Positions 46,804 through 61,043 of a DNA stretch of 64,000 bases are shown in pieces (within the stretch, counting starts at the first letter, position 1; every line of letters begins with the position of its first letter). The notes under the pieces were generated by a model. The model did not search any database and was not told the DNA's origin. It saw only the letters and a list, made by a program, of their open reading frames with translations. The DNA comes from Nemertoderma westbladi. Its lineage: Eukaryota; Animalia; Xenacoelomorpha. The stretch spans positions 1 through 64,000 of the forward strand of contig JAUCBJ010000200.1 in NCBI GenBank assembly GCA_032718475.1, read 5' to 3'. The position numbers were made by a program, and so were the translations under genes.

Positions 46804-48022
46804 TGTTCGCGCTTTCAGACCTTTGGCAGTTTAACCCGCCAAATTAAGATGTCTTCTAGATATTAAATCGCTTTTTAGCCTATGACAAGTATTTGATTCA
46901 CTACACTAGTCGAAACCAATCCGTGCGCGACCATTCACCCGCTGGATATTCCCGGGAGATTGGGTTCGACGGTTTAATTTTGTTGCTATGTAAGCCTAAT
47001 GTATTATTCGACTGACAGTATTATATAATCTCTGACAATATTATTCACCTTCGGTAATATTAACAGTTCCTTTAGGACGTGGCGCTTTATCTATAAACAG
47101 AGTTATGACTTAAACTACTCACAACGATATGGCTTAATTATAATTCACATATATGGCGCATTCTTTAGGAATTGCTTCTTTAACAGACTCACTCATACAC
47201 AATGCTGCACAATACTGCACACTAATCTGCCAATCTTCACTGATTTTAGTCACATATAAAAGGAACACAGGCTGACTCATGTAGGGTCTATCAAATAACA
47301 TTGGATTCACTTCAAACCACTTTAACATAAGTCACAATCGTTATTGGTAACCTTTCTCTCTTACCTTCGGTATATCAAGAATATTGGGTTTCGGGGTTGT
47401 TTATCGTTATTCCAAATATAATAATTCATCAACCATATTATGAAGAACTGACAGTAAATAGCAGTATAAAACAACAACTGAACACTGATTGTTATGAGTT
47501 TGCAATGTTTCAGCAGTCAGTATGTATGATCAGTTAGCAGTGATTCCATGAGTTTTATCGGTACGTCAGTTAAAGGATATATGCCCTTTATAATTAAACC
47601 TACTAGTGTAAGACTAAAAACTGAAACACGGAGGTGCCAAAGCCGGTTCTTAGGCTCTGGGCAAAAACATAACACTGAACTACTGAGTTTCTGTATATAC
47701 CTCCAACACAAAGACAACAAACGCTCTGATTGGTCAACCTGAACAACGAGAGAACAGAGAAACAAAGAAACGTCGACGTGGCAATATCAGCTGCTAGCTG
47801 TCGTCATGGTAGCGACACTGTTTTCAAGAGTATCGAGCTTTTACGTCACGGAATTACGGATTATGTCCTCTAAAGTACAAATACAGAAGAAATAGCTCTT
47901 ATGTCCGCTAAAACACCAGTACAGCAAGGACACGGCCTTTTTATGCCTGGTAAACCAACTACAGAGTACTTTACGGGAAAAATAAGGAAAAATAACCGGA
48001 CAATTCAGTAAAAGCTTTTACA
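46804..48022 (-). repeat. 5' LTR of copy 2
   Basis: Direct repeat of 32082-33300. Confidence 0.95.
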
Positions 48023-48796
48023 GGGACTTCGAGCAGCACGTGATCACGTGAACAACTAAGCTGACTGGTTAACTAGTCTGGGACTTTGAGCAGCACGTGA
48101 ACAACTAAACTGGCTGGTTAACTAGTCTGGGGCTTCGAGCAGCACGTAAACAACTAAGCTTACTGGTTAACTAGTCTGGGACTTTGAGCAGCACGTGAAC
48201 AACTAAGCTGGCTGGTTAACTAGTCTGGGACTTTGAGCAGCACGTGAACAACTAAACTGGCTGGTTAACTAGTCTGGGGCTTTGAGCAGCACGTGAACAA
48301 CTAAGCTGACTGGTTAACTAGTCTGGGTCTTCGAGCAGCACGTGATCACGTGAACAACTAAGCTGACTGGTTAACTAGTCTGGGTCTTCGAGCAGCACGT
48401 GAACAACTACGCTTACTGGTTAACTAGTCTGGGACTTCGAGCAGCACGTGAACAACTAAGCTGACTGGTTAACTAGTCTGGGACTTTGAGCAGCACGTGA
48501 ACAATTAAACTGGCTGGTTAACTAGTCTGGGGCTTCGAGCAGCACGTGAACAACTAAGCTGACTGGTTAACTAGTCTGGGTCTTCGAGCAGCACGTGATC
48601 ACGTGAACAACTAAGCTGACTGGTTAACTAGTCTGGGACTTCGAGCAGCACGTGAACAATTAAACTGGCTTGTTACCTAGTTTGGAACTTCTAGCTGCAC
48701 ACGTGAACAACTAAGCTGACTGGTTAAATAGTCTGGGGCTTCGAGCAGCACGTGAACAACTAAACTGGCTGGTTACCTAGTCTGGGACTTCGAGCA
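48023..48796. repeat. About 49-bp tandem satellite (about 15 copies)
   Basis: Unit gggacttcgagcagcacgtgaacaactaagctgactggttaactagtct. Confidence 0.92.
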
Positions 48797-49544
48797 AAAT
48801 TGAAAATTGAGGAGGGGGGGGGGGGGGGGGGGGGGTCGGGGGATTTGGCTTAACTTCTATCACTAAAATGTTAAGAACATTTATTATTTGCATCTATCAG
48901 TTATAATTACATCAGAGCATTAATTGAAACAATTATACACTTAATACCTAGTATATTAATAGTAGATTTCAAGTAGATAGGTGATAGATGATAGAAAGGC
49001 GCTGTGAATTGATATTTTTTTGGCGGTTGATTATAATTACAGAAGTATCATATTTCCAATACAAACTGTACACAATGAGCTGCAGTATGTACGTGGGTAC
49101 GTACTAAAAGGTCAAGGGCTAGAGCAGTAGACTTCATACTGTAAACCTCTTACTGTAGTAGCTACTGATACTGCATGTGCAGTAGGCCTACTGTAATAAC
49201 AATAGGCTGATAGGTGTATAATGCCTCTGCCAATACTGCTATATTTGTCTATGACATATAATATGATAAAATATTATTATGAATGAATGTGCTGTTCGAA
49301 GACCCAGACTAGTTAACCAGTCAGCTTTAGTTGTTCGCCTGCTGCTCGAAGCCCCAAAATAGAAAAAACAACAACGGATGAGTGAGTTAAGAGTTAAACT
49401 GATTCAATACTCGCTGACTTCTCTATACTATTCATGTATTCAATGTTAAAACAGATTTGAATTTACCGCCAAATATAGTATATATATAGTATATATAGTA
49501 TAGCCTTTCCAGTACAAATTACATGTCTTTCAATCATTTGAATT

Positions 49545-52500
49545 TCAAAATATAAATCTGCATACCTCCTTTAAATCGTTCTCAGTGAAAAATACACCAA
49601 TGTTATCAAACTTTAAGTGGCCGAAACGTTCTCTTAACTTCTTCGTTAAAATGCAATTCAAATTAATATGAGGCTCATCCTGTATTGATTCACTATCGCA
49701 GCTACAAACCCTACATTCGCGTGGTAACCTACTCCAACGTCCGGTCTCGATACGTAGGTTGTGGGACATCAAGCGGAGCCTACTAAAAGCTAATCGTTGA
49801 TAATCTGGAATATATATATCAGAGGAAATGTAAATTTCAACGGGTTTCAATCTAGGGTTAAAAATAGTTCTATAAGTTACAAATTTTGTAGCAGAGTCAG
49901 GTTTATCTAATACTCCGTTACGTATTGAATGAAGAGGGTCAGAGTTATTATACTCTTTAGATTTCACAAGGAGAGCATACCGGGAGTATTATTGTAGTCC
50001 CTACATAACTTTAGGATTGACACATAAGGAACATCTGAATCATTAACTGTACTGTATTTAACAACAAATTTTTTCCGGGCGGAGTTGACATAATGAGTCA
50101 AGGGGGGCAAACCTACTTCCAAACAGCACAAGGCAATGGGAGTCTGCTTACGTACACCAAGCATTGATCTAATCATACGGTGGTAAAAATCTTCAATTGG
50201 TTTAAGATTATTTGAGAGCCGTGATTCACAACCGTATAATAGAGAGGAAATAACACGAGCATCAAATACCTTCCGTTTAAAACGGACAAACGGAAAAAGG
50301 CATTTCTGAATTCTTAGCACAAAAAATTGAAAACTTATTCGCAGTATCCTCGCAGCAGGTTAAATGTAAATTCAATACAGTAGAAATTTTACCATCCTCT
50401 GAAAAAGGGGAGCCGAGGTATGTATATGTATCACATTGTTTAACAGATAAACCATCCTCCAATATAGTTTCTCTATCAACATTCGAACCATTTATAACAA
50501 ATAACTTTGTTTTTTTTATCGTTCGCTACCATACCAAAATCTTTACAATAAGTATTCAATGCCTTTATTTTATCTATACAATTTGATCGCGTGGTGGAAA
50601 GAAGCACGGTATCGTCCATTAAAAGTAGTATTGATATCAAACCCAAAAAACCGTCAACCACAACTGCACCTTTCACTAATTTTACTAACTCGTTCACATA
50701 AATACAAAAAAAGAATAATACTAGATGGCGCCCCCTGGCGGACTGCAATGGCAGTGAAGATAATGGCAGAACCTAAAATTGATTTTGTGCCACAATATAG
50801 GCCTTTTATGGCATACAACATTACCTTTCCGCATCCCATATCCCTCAACAGTTCTAGCAATTTGTATCTGGGGACTCTGTCATAAGCTTTACTAAAGTCT
50901 ACAAACACTATAAAGAGTTTATATTTCATAAATATTGCACAATCAATCAACAGCCGTAAAGAGACAATTTGTTCGGTACACCCCCGACCCTTCTGACCCC
51001 CCGCTTGACACTTATCAATGTTCGAACCATAACTCTAAACGTCTACTGATCAATGTATCGTACACTTTGGCTAATGTTGACAAAATTGAAATGCCGCGAT
51101 AGTTATTACAATTTGACATTGCACCAGATTTAAACAACGTTACAAGTTTAGAGGTGCACCAAACGACGCGATACCAACCATGCAAAAATATTACATTAAA
51201 TATCGTTAAAAATAATATCAACCAGTTACCGGATAAAGATTTAAATAGCCCAGGCGATATACCAATATATGACTTTGAACTCTTTATGTCACTCATTGTA
51301 TTAGCTAGCTCTCGATACGTGAAACTGTCGTCTAAACAAACTGCATCAGACGTTGGCGGATTAAGTAACTTATCATAATGTTCTTTAAACTGAAGTTCAT
51401 TAGGCAGGTTACAATTTTCAGAGCTGTTATGCTGAATATTAAGGTTACCATTCCAGTCCAGGGCATTCCAAATATCTTTAGAATCTTTACCAATAAGTAA
51501 GTTCTCCCATATATTTAGGTTGTTATTACAATATTTAACATTTACTGGTGCCTTACAAGATCTGGCCACACAGTCTATCTTTTCCCAGCATTCTGCTAAA
51601 ACGGATTCTAATGAACTTTTGGTATTACCTAGAGTGGGTGGTGTCATAGATTTTAACGCAGATTCAAAGTCAGATAACTTAACTATACGATGAGAAATAG
51701 ACTTCTTCAACTTCCCAGGATCGGCGCAGTCACTTGATAATGGCAGGGTTTCACCGAGCAAAGAAGCCATGATGTCTAGTAGCCCGCGATCCAACGGTAT
51801 ATCAGCCATATTTAGTCTACAGGTGCTTGGATTCTACTCAATACATAGTAGAGCATGGTCCGACCCACCAACCGATTGGTCGATCATTAGCGATTTAATC
51901 AAGTTCACTGATGAATTATTACTAATACATATATCTACTTCAGACACCCAGATACGCCCCTTGCGGTAGGATAATCCTCCCCCAAAACATTGCTCCTGTG
52001 TTTCTAAATGGTTGACAGGGAAACCGCCGACTGCTCTACATACAGTATATTCCTTAATACTCGACCGTTCTGATTTTGTATCTCGTCCGAAAAAAAAATG
52101 TGTTTAAGAAAAACATTATCATAAACAAATTTTTCTTTCCCAAACCTGCTGTTGAAGTCCCTAAGGACAATATAATTCTGTACACGTGCCAGACGGCTAT
52201 GTAGAATGCTGAATAAGTTCTGATCGAAGTAAGGAGAGTCATATGGTGGGATGTAGCATCCACCAAAAACCAATCCATGTAGGTAAGACAGGGTAACCCA
52301 AATTTGCCCTTCAGTACTTACATCAATTTCTTGAACAAATTGCACTAGGATGTTTCGTATCAGCAGCAGAATTCCACCCCTGTGCGGATGCGATGAGGGA
52401 TTCGAGTAAGCAGTAAAACCTGGTACATAAGGAAGGGTTGCGGTCTTTGTTTCTGAAAGCCAGACAATGTCGTAACCAGCTATAAATTTAACTAAGGAAC

Positions 52501-52560
52501 TCTCCGAGTGAGATAGTTTATCGCGCAAGCCGCAAACATTCCAAGAACATAGTTTAATAT
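49545..52560 (-). pseudogene. Degenerate APE-RT LINE ORF2 (multiple frameshifts and stops)
   Basis: SWNVCG, LSET, YIPP, DFNSR, NYRGISI, FVDFSKAYD, VRQG, LMDD, YTYLG, LLYGCE and SHNLRIETGRW..C.C..DEPH..C motifs in the correct order. Confidence 0.88.
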
Positions 52561-53867
52561 CAAAAATGCGTGAGTCTGAATGTGCCTGAAACCCCTAGAA
52601 TATAGCTGTCACACTCCATAACACCCGTAAGAATTAAATTCCTCTCCCTCTCTTTATATCGACACGTTCGATATAAGATTGTTGCTTATCGATTACAATA
52701 GTACATACTATGTTATTCATAACTTCCCACTTTCCCAGTTTATTTAGCGTTACAGTAAACGGCCTGAGTTCTGCCCTGACCTTTATTCGTGTCATTAACC
52801 CTTTGTTGCACTTGTTGCTTTTAGGCAACAGTTCTATTATCGGTCTTATCTCATAGAAAAACCATCAACCAACCATTACTGCACCTTGTAGCTTATAGTA
52901 GGATAATTAAATTATCCAATAAAAACGAAGAGTCTTGGGTGGTGGGAGGTTTAAATTGTGTTGTAAGTTAACATTCAAAAATGCTGATAGGAAAATTGAT
53001 ATTTCTAGTTTATAAGTGTCTTTACTCTTTAGGTTGGCTTTTTTTATTCTTGCGATAATTTTGTGGTGCCAAAAAAAAATACTAACGTATTTTCTTGTAT
53101 ATCCTGCACCAATTACATGTATTATTGCAAATATACAGGTTTAATTTGTAATTCTAAGGCACAAAATAAGCCGCATTGCTTACAAGCAACATGGTGCAGT
53201 AAAGGAAAGTAGTGGAACATGGAACTGAACTGTGCAATTAGGTTTTCCTTTTGTAAAAGCCTTATTGTTTGTCATTTCTAAGTAATTATTGATTGTTATA
53301 GAAAGACAGAGTTATTTAGAGCTAATTAATGATTTAATTAGTTTAATTATTTAATAAGTGATTAGGCTAATTATTTAATTAGGTAATTAAATTACTAAGG
53401 ATATTACAGTTGTGCAGGAAATTTTTTAAGTGTAGAGAATGGTCTTTCGATGATTTTAGTTAATTAATTGGGAGACTAATTATTGGTTATTACTAGTTAA
53501 TTAGGTTAATTAATTACATTGATATGCTAATTATTTAAATAGGAAATGAATTTACTAAATAGTGGTACATAGAATAGGGAGGGAGGCCCTTTGTAATTCG
53601 ACCACGCAGTTATACTGCGCAAAGTGCACAGAAGTAGCGGATGGTATACGCATTTTCCTTTGCCTAACTACAAAGAAAAACTGCTTGCAAGACTTCCACC
53701 TTTAGGAACTATTAGGAAATACTAGGGAACTATTATAGGAACTATTAGGAAATACTTGGAAACTATTAGGAACTATTAGATTATAAGGAATTATTATTAT
53801 AGGAATTATTAGGATAATTTGTAAATAAATATGAACTGAAATCACAAGGAACTCGATTTTAGGAACC

Positions 53868-54348
<481 letters not shown>

Positions 54349-54685
54349 TCGCACCGGCACCGTGTTGCTTTTAAGCAACGTGTTGTGAAAACACACAAAA
54401 TCATAAAATTTTGGCTTTTTTTGTTATATTTCACAGTATTGACACCGTTTTATTACCAAAAAAACATAAATTTAATTGTTTTCATTAAAATCGTCTGCTC
54501 GGTGCAATAAAGGGTTAACAGTTTAACCTCTGAACCGAACTATTCAGCTTTCAGCTATTCAGCTATTCAGCTATTACCGGTCTGCCGGTATCCATTCTGC
54601 CATTTACTGATTTACCCAGTTCTGCAGTTACCTGGTCCTACTGTCCTAGGCTGGACCCTAGACATTATACAGACTTAACAGCTTA

Positions 54686-55309
54686 ATGGCTAATCCAACG
54701 ATATACCAAACAGCAGGTTATAACAATAACAGTAGTTTAATGAAAATTGCCGTTATTTGTTCGAGCAACCAAAACCGCAGTATGGAAGCGCATAACTTTC
54801 TGGGGAAGAAGGGTTTCAACGTCCGATCCTTCGGCTCCGGGAATCAAGTTAAATTGCCGGGCCCGGCCGCCGATAAACCGAACACCTACGAGTTCGATAC
54901 CTCATACGACGACATGTATAAAGACTTAGAGGCGAAAGACAGAAATCTGTACACACAGAACGGTCTGCTACACATGCTGGATCGAAACAGAAGGATAAAA
55001 TCAGCGCCTGAAAGATTCCAAAACTGCTCCGAAGAGTTCGACCTTATATTCTGCTGCGAAGAAAGAGTTTACGACCAGGTGATAGACCATTTGAGTGAAC
55101 GCGAGCAGATCACATACAAGCCCGTTCACGTTGTTAACTTGGACATTCAGGACAATCACGAGGACGCTACTATAGGCGCCTTTATGATCTGCGATCTTTG
55201 TGCAATGCTTGCAGATACCGAGGATATGGACGATGAAATAGAAGAAATTATTCAGAGTTTTGAGGGAAAATGCGGCCGGGAAATTTTACATACTATGTTG
55301 GGTTACTGA
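54686..55309 (+). CDS. SSU72: RNA polymerase II CTD phosphatase Ssu72 (single exon)
   Basis: CSSNQNRSMEAH catalytic motif, VKLPGP, YTQNGLLHMLDRNRRIK, CEERVYDQV, DIQDNHEDATIGA. Confidence 0.97.
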   Translation: MANPTIYQTAGYNNNSSLMKIAVICSSNQNRSMEAHNFLGKKGFNVRSFGSGNQVKLPGPAADKPNTYEFDTSYDDMYKDLEAKDRNLYTQNGLLHMLDRNRRIKSAPERFQNCSEEFDLIFCCEERVYDQVIDHLSEREQITYKPVHVVNLDIQDNHEDATIGAFMICDLCAMLADTEDMDDEIEEIIQSFEGKCGREILHTMLGY

Positions 55310-55916
55310 ACAGTAGTTATTTCCCATTTTCTGTTAAATCTATTTATGTATTTTATTTTTTTATCTGCAATAAAATAACCTCAAACAAATAAAAATAAAG
55401 ACCCTTGCATATCTATGATATTTTGAATTGGCGCTTCTATCAGCATAACAATGATGAATTGTGTTATTTTCTATTTTAGCCTCGCGCCTTTATAGTGCGA
55501 GGCCTGAGTGTATCCGACAATCTCTACACCAGAATTAATGAAACGAAGTTGTTGGGAGATTGTAGATATGTAAATCGTTAAAAAATTAGATAAAAATTAC
55601 CACAGCGGATGGCAGAGTCGAAAAATGTACATTAGTGACAGCAAGGATAACAGTAATTATCGATAGCCGTTAAATATTATTGCATAGCCAGTCATAGGGA
55701 ATTTGGTTATACGACAATCGTCGGTAATATGGCAGACCCACCAAAGTGCAAAAATGCTGCCAAATAACTTCAGCTATTATACCACACCTCTCTACTTCCC
55801 TAAGATACTCAAGTACAAATTTATGACTGTGTAATGTATAAATTTATAATAATTATATACGTATAAAAAGTGTATAATGAAAATTATACTTCGAAAAATT
55901 ATCTCTATCAGCTTAT

Positions 55917-56105
55917 TTATAGGGCGAAGATTGGGCGTGGGCACAGGGCGATGTTTACTCACGAGCCAAGTTTTCTGCGAAGTGCCCAGCACATAATGGA
56001 TGCATTTGTAAGAAGGAGCAGGGAAGGTGTGTTTATAACAGTCTATTTTTGTAAATGTAAAGTGACACAGTAGGCAGCACCCGCGTCCAATCTTCGTCAA
56101 TATAT
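55917..56105. mobile_element. Small MITE-like element
   Basis: About 25-bp imperfect inverted termini tatagggcgaagattgggcg / cgtccaatcttcgtcaatata. Confidence 0.5.
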
Positions 56106-56128
56106 AATTACAACTTAATTAAGTGACT

Positions 56129-56813
56129 CAGGGGCGTCACAGCCACCCCTGCGACCCCTGCACTCCAGGGGGGCGCAGGGCCAGTGGGGGCGCAGCATAT
56201 TTTTGAGACAGGGGGGGGGGGGGGGAAACTCGACGCAAATGACAGCTTATTACTCCCAAAAATAAAACAGTGACCTGTTCTATTGACTAATTGTTTTGGT
56301 CAGTGTAACGTTCCACAGTTACCTGCTCCTTTCCTAAAATTGATAATACACAATTGAGACGAAATTTTAAATTTATTTAGAATTTTTTTTATTCCAACAC
56401 AAAAAACCTAATCCATTTATTTTTCTTTAAAAAAACACAGCATTTTAAAAATATTGTACTTTTCCTATCCAATATTATACATGTATTCCTGAGCATTTCA
56501 TTTATGTATGAATAGCAAACTAAAGTACTAATACGTAATATAGTCCATTGTTGCCCAGCTAATTGTGTGAGATAAATTAGTCTTTCGAACTCCCATACCT
56601 CAGATATTTTTCAACGAAATTCAGATTGTGTTACAAATTGTTAGAAATTCAGATTACTTTTTAATGTAAGGGGGTGGGTGAGACGTGAGGGGGTGTACGC
56701 ACAAGCCAAATTTTGTAGGAAGGCTTGCATGAAGATTTAACTTTTTAATCCACTGTAAGGGGGCGCATGCAAAATTTTGCAGGGGGGCGCATTGCGATGT
56801 TGCGACGTCACTG
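56129..56813. mobile_element. hAT-like MITE
   Basis: TIRs CAGGGGCGTCAC...GCGACGTCACTG; perfect 8-bp TSD AAGTGACT at 56121-56128 and 56814-56821. Confidence 0.85.
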
Positions 56814-57630
56814 AAGTGACTGCCTAAGTGTCCGGTAACTGTAACCTGCAGATAGGGGAGATTTTCGACGCAATAAAAATTCATCCCTCTCCAGGAGAAA
56901 TTCGACGCAGATGACCTGATTACTCTCAAAAATAGAACTGTAACATGTTCTATTGCGTTTAGTTTATTGTTTTGGTTAAAATAACGTCTAAGCAGGTGTA
57001 CATAATAAATCCAGTTGCTGTGTTACATATATAAAATAGTTGTAAGTTACAAAACTGCACATTTGCAATAATGTGAGGTAGATAATTACCGACTGGCAGT
57101 TAGTTATAGGCAAGGTACATAACGACAATAAATAAAATATCATTATGATTATACATAGTAAATAACAATAAGATTATGTTACTAGTATATCCCCGCTAAG
57201 CTTATACCTATCATTTATGAAATAATAAATTTCGAATCCATTTCGTTATATCGGCCAAGCAATATTCTTGACCTCTCACTCCACACCGCCCGGTTGCAAG
57301 GCAATTCAATATAATATACCTCATGCAAAGTTGCAATATTTCTAATGAAAAAATTTGTTTTGAGATTTGCCACAATTTTCTGGATTTCCGAAATAATCAT
57401 AATTAAAAATGTTTTGAAAGTATTCATTTTTTTATTTTAGGTCGAACCTTCCAGTGATTGAAATAAATTTTCCAAGCTACTCTACAAACTTAGATTGCAT
57501 GGAAGGCGGCACACCACGGCGGGACACCACGGCCTTGATGAAAATCCAGGATGTTAATTGGTATTCCCGCTGTCTGTCAGTCTGTAACTCATCAACAAGC
57601 TTTTGTCGATTAGTGGAAAATGATTTGAAA

Positions 57631-58358
57631 AATTCTCTATTTCACCACACCCACTACAGGCCGCAGATACACTGAGGTGCCGAATCCTCTATTTCACCAC
57701 ACCCACTACAGGCCGCAGATACACTGAAGTGCCGAATCCTCTATTTCACCACACCCACTACAGGCCGCAGATACACTGAAGTGCCGAATCCTCTATTTCA
57801 CCACACCCACTACAGGCCGCAGATACACTGAAGTGCCGAATCCTCTATTTCACCACACCCACTACAGGCCGCAGATACACTGAAGTGCTGAATCCTCTAT
57901 TTCACCACACCCACTACAGGCCGCAGATACACTGAAGTGCTGAATCCTCTATTTCACCACACCCACTACAGGCCGCAGATACACTGAAGTGCCGAATCCT
58001 CTATTTCACCACACCCACTACAGGCCGCAGATACACTGAGGTGCCGAATCATCTATTTCACCACACCCACTACAGGCTGCAGATACACTGAGGTGCCGAA
58101 TCCTCTATTTCACCACACCCACTACAGGCCGCAGATACACTGAGGTGCCGAATCCTCTATTTCACCACACCCACTACAGGCCGCAGATACACTGAGGTGC
58201 CGAATCCTCTGTTTCACCACACCCCTACAGGCCGCAGATACACTGAGGTGACGAATCCTCTATTTCACCACACCCACTACAGGCCGCAGATACACTGAGG
58301 TGCCGAATCCTCTATTACACCACAACACCCACTACAGGCCGCAGATACACTTGAGGTG
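57631..58358. repeat. 52-bp tandem satellite (about 14 copies)
   Basis: Unit aatcctctatttcaccacacccactacaggccgcagatacactgaggtgccg. Confidence 0.95.
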
Positions 58359-60046
58359 TCGACTCACCATATCTGCACCCAAAATACACATCCAAGTCGC
58401 ATTTGACACAGACGTATCTGTGTTATTCGAGATTCAAGGTGCGAATATGAATTTACAGTTGATGTATAAAATAACACAGAACGAAACTGCGCCATCGGTA
58501 ATTGGCGTTGTGAGATAGGAAGATTGATGTTGCAGGGATGAATGATTTATGATATAATTCCTTACGTGCGTGTTTGTATTAGAGATAATGTCAAGGGCAT
58601 TTCGCAATGGATATCTGTGACAACTGGCCTCGCCAACTGATGATGGCAGTAGCCGTGGTAGGTAGCTAAGTACAGTACAATGCCATTAGCAATCTTGTAG
58701 AAGTAAAATAAACAATTGGCATTCCTTCGATATGATAATTTTTGTATGCCACTCGCAATAAGAAGTGCCCCGATATACTGTATACCATATAGCGAACGGG
58801 ACTGGCGTATTTCATAAAGTGAAGGTCTGATGAAACCTTTATATTTTTGAATAATAGATTTTTTTGGAATGATATTTATTTAAAGCTGCGATTGATATTG
58901 AAACTCTACCTACATATTATTGATCGGATATGTTCAGTAAATATAACGGTCGTTGAGAAGGAGACACCTAAATGTCTGTGGGACTCCACAATTGGTAGGG
59001 CTGTTGCTGTAGGCAATGAGTGTCGATTCTACTGTTTTGAACGTTGTTACACGCCATTTAGGTGTCACTCGTGAAGTGCATTCAGCCATTCAGGTCTATG
59101 TTTAGAAAATGTGTCCTGACTGAAGGATGTTGCATACGAGTGTACGTAGGCCTACATTGACGTATCATCTGCAAAAAGGGAAGTTGTGGATGTCAATACA
59201 ATGCTGAGGTCATTTGAAATTGAGATAGTTTCACAACTCCTGGGTAGGTGAGTCAGAATTTTTGCTCTCATTTTTTAGCTACACCGACAAGCGTTTATAA
59301 AAGTTGTCTCCGCGCGATATTTACACTGTAGTTATTCTTCAAATAGTTATTTGTTGGTACTGATGGAAAGCTGGCCATGAAAGGATTAAAAATGTTACAC
59401 AATCTACATTTCGGTGAAAAATAGCTGAGATATGAACGTTCAAAAGTTGCATGGTTTTGCACATTACGCGAGGCTATTATAATATATTAAATAAAAAGGC
59501 CATATTCTACAGTAGAAAATTCTGTTTATGTATGAATAGCTACATATGAGTATGATCAAATAGACATTGCACTGTTGCGCAGCTATGTATGGGATAAACA
59601 AAATGTTCCAGAATATGACCAGTGAAAACTCACCCCTCCATTTATCAATTTTCACTCTGTGCAAATACATCGCCGGTTTAATGTCCCTAGTGTATTCTCA
59701 CTCCCCTGCTCGCTGCTCCCGGGGTATCAACCGCGGTATGGTACGACGGGGACGGCAGGTTATAACTTCCATATAAAAGTAAATTAATAAATTCATTTTT
59801 AGCTGAGTCGCTTGCTGCAGTATTTTGCAGTTTTGAAATTCCGATCAGCCATTACACTTTTAGAGGCAACCATCACCTGATCCCAGCCTCATCTACCGGC
59901 TTTTCTGCAGTTTACAGATTGCAAACTGCAGTAGTAGTGGCATACCGGTACAGGCACAGGCATAGGCCTATATAAAAATAATTTTCTGAAACAACTGCTG
60001 AACAGGAACTGAGGAAACAGGATTAGACAAAAAGAATACAGTTACC

Positions 60047-60970
60047 ATGACAACTACAAGTGACCTAGACCGCCAAATAGACCAACTGCGACGCTGCGAA
60101 CTAATAAAAGAGAGCGAAGTTAAATCGTTGTGCGCGAAAGTTCGTGAAATATTGATAGAGGAGAGCAACGTGCAGCGAGTTGACGCCCCGGTAACTGTTT
60201 GTGGCGACATCCACGGACAGTTCTACGATCTACGCGAACTATTCAAAGTCGGAGGCGACGTCCCGGACACCAACTATTTATTCCTCGGAGATTTCGTGGA
60301 CCGAGGATTCTACAGCGTCGAGACATTCCTGTTGCTACTCGCGTTGAAAGTTCGTTACACGGATCGGATAACGCTAATCCGCGGGAACCACGAATCGCGA
60401 CAGATTACCCAGGTTTACGGGTTCTATGACGAGTGTTTACGTAAGTACGGTTCAATAACGGTATGGCGGTACTGCACGGAGATCTTCGACTATCTCTCCC
60501 TCTCCGCTATTATCGACGGAAAGATTTTGTGCGTTCACGGCGGTCTCAGTCCCTCCATACAGACCCTGGACCAGATTCGGACTATAGACCGTAAGCAAGA
60601 GGTCCCCCACGACGGGCCCATGTGCGATCTCTTGTGGTCTGACCCCGAGGACACCCAAGGCTGGGGGGTATCGCCCCGCGGTGCCGGCTATCTGTTCGGC
60701 TCCGATGTAGTACAACAATTCAACTCGACGAATAACATCGACCTCATTTGTCGCGCTCATCAGCTCGTTATGGAGGGCTACAAATGGCACTTCAATGAGA
60801 CCGTTTTGACTGTTTGGTCGGCGCCGAACTACTGCTACCGGTGCGGCAATGTCGCCGCTATTCTAGAACTAGACGAACACTTACAGAGGAACTTTACGAT
60901 CTTCGAAGCCGCACCCCAAGAACACCGCGGAATTCCAGCCAAAAAACCCACTCCAGATTACTTCCTCTAG
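60047..60970 (+). CDS. PPP4C: Serine/threonine protein phosphatase 4 catalytic subunit (single exon)
   Basis: 307 aa; GDIHG, GDFVDRG, RGNHE, SAPNY; PP4-type [33 protein letters not shown] and C-terminal DYFL. Confidence 0.96.
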   Translation: MTTTSDLDRQIDQLRRCELIKESEVKSLCAKVREILIEESNVQRVDAPVTVCGDIHGQFYDLRELFKVGGDVPDTNYLFLGDFVDRGFYSVETFLLLLALKVRYTDRITLIRGNHESRQITQVYGFYDECLRKYGSITVWRYCTEIFDYLSLSAIIDGKILCVHGGLSPSIQTLDQIRTIDRKQEVPHDGPMCDLLWSDPEDTQGWGVSPRGAGYLFGSDVVQQFNSTNNIDLICRAHQLVMEGYKWHFNETVLTVWSAPNYCYRCGNVAAILELDEHLQRNFTIFEAAPQEHRGIPAKKPTPDYFL

Positions 60971-61043
60971 CCAAAAATGAGTGTAACAGTCCAGCAGTCA
61001 CTATATTACTTTCTCTAGAGATCGAGCCACTGGCTCTAACGGA

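Larger units (their letters stand above)
32082..48022 (-). mobile_element. BEL/Pao-type LTR retrotransposon, non-autonomous, copy 2 (with nested LINE)
   Basis: 1219-bp LTRs at 32082-33300 and 46804-48022 (about 2 differences seen); 5-bp TSD GGGAC (32077-32081, 48023-48027); intact 1408-aa Gag-PR ORF. Confidence 0.93.
31931..49478. mobile_element. Foldback/TIR element containing the 49-bp satellite, host of LTR copy 2
   Basis: 31931-32081 (ctatattttagcggtaaattcaaatctgttttaacattgaatacatgaatag..actcactcatccgtt) is inverted at 49350-49478; an inverted satellite unit lies at 49293-49355. Confidence 0.7.

Noticed and set aside
32082-48022. Copy 2 as an inverted segmental duplication or assembly artefact of copy 1
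   Set aside because: Distinct TSDs, different U3 regions, internal indels and widespread substitutions show independent insertions
57631-58358. CRISPR-like array (also considered for 18210-18771, 48023-48796 and 61044-61485)
   Set aside because: Units are head-to-tail with no unique spacers; eukaryotic context and no cas genes
58360-59780. Possible decayed transposase between the 52-bp satellite and PPP4C
   Set aside because: No convincing motif or TIR/TSD could be identified by eye
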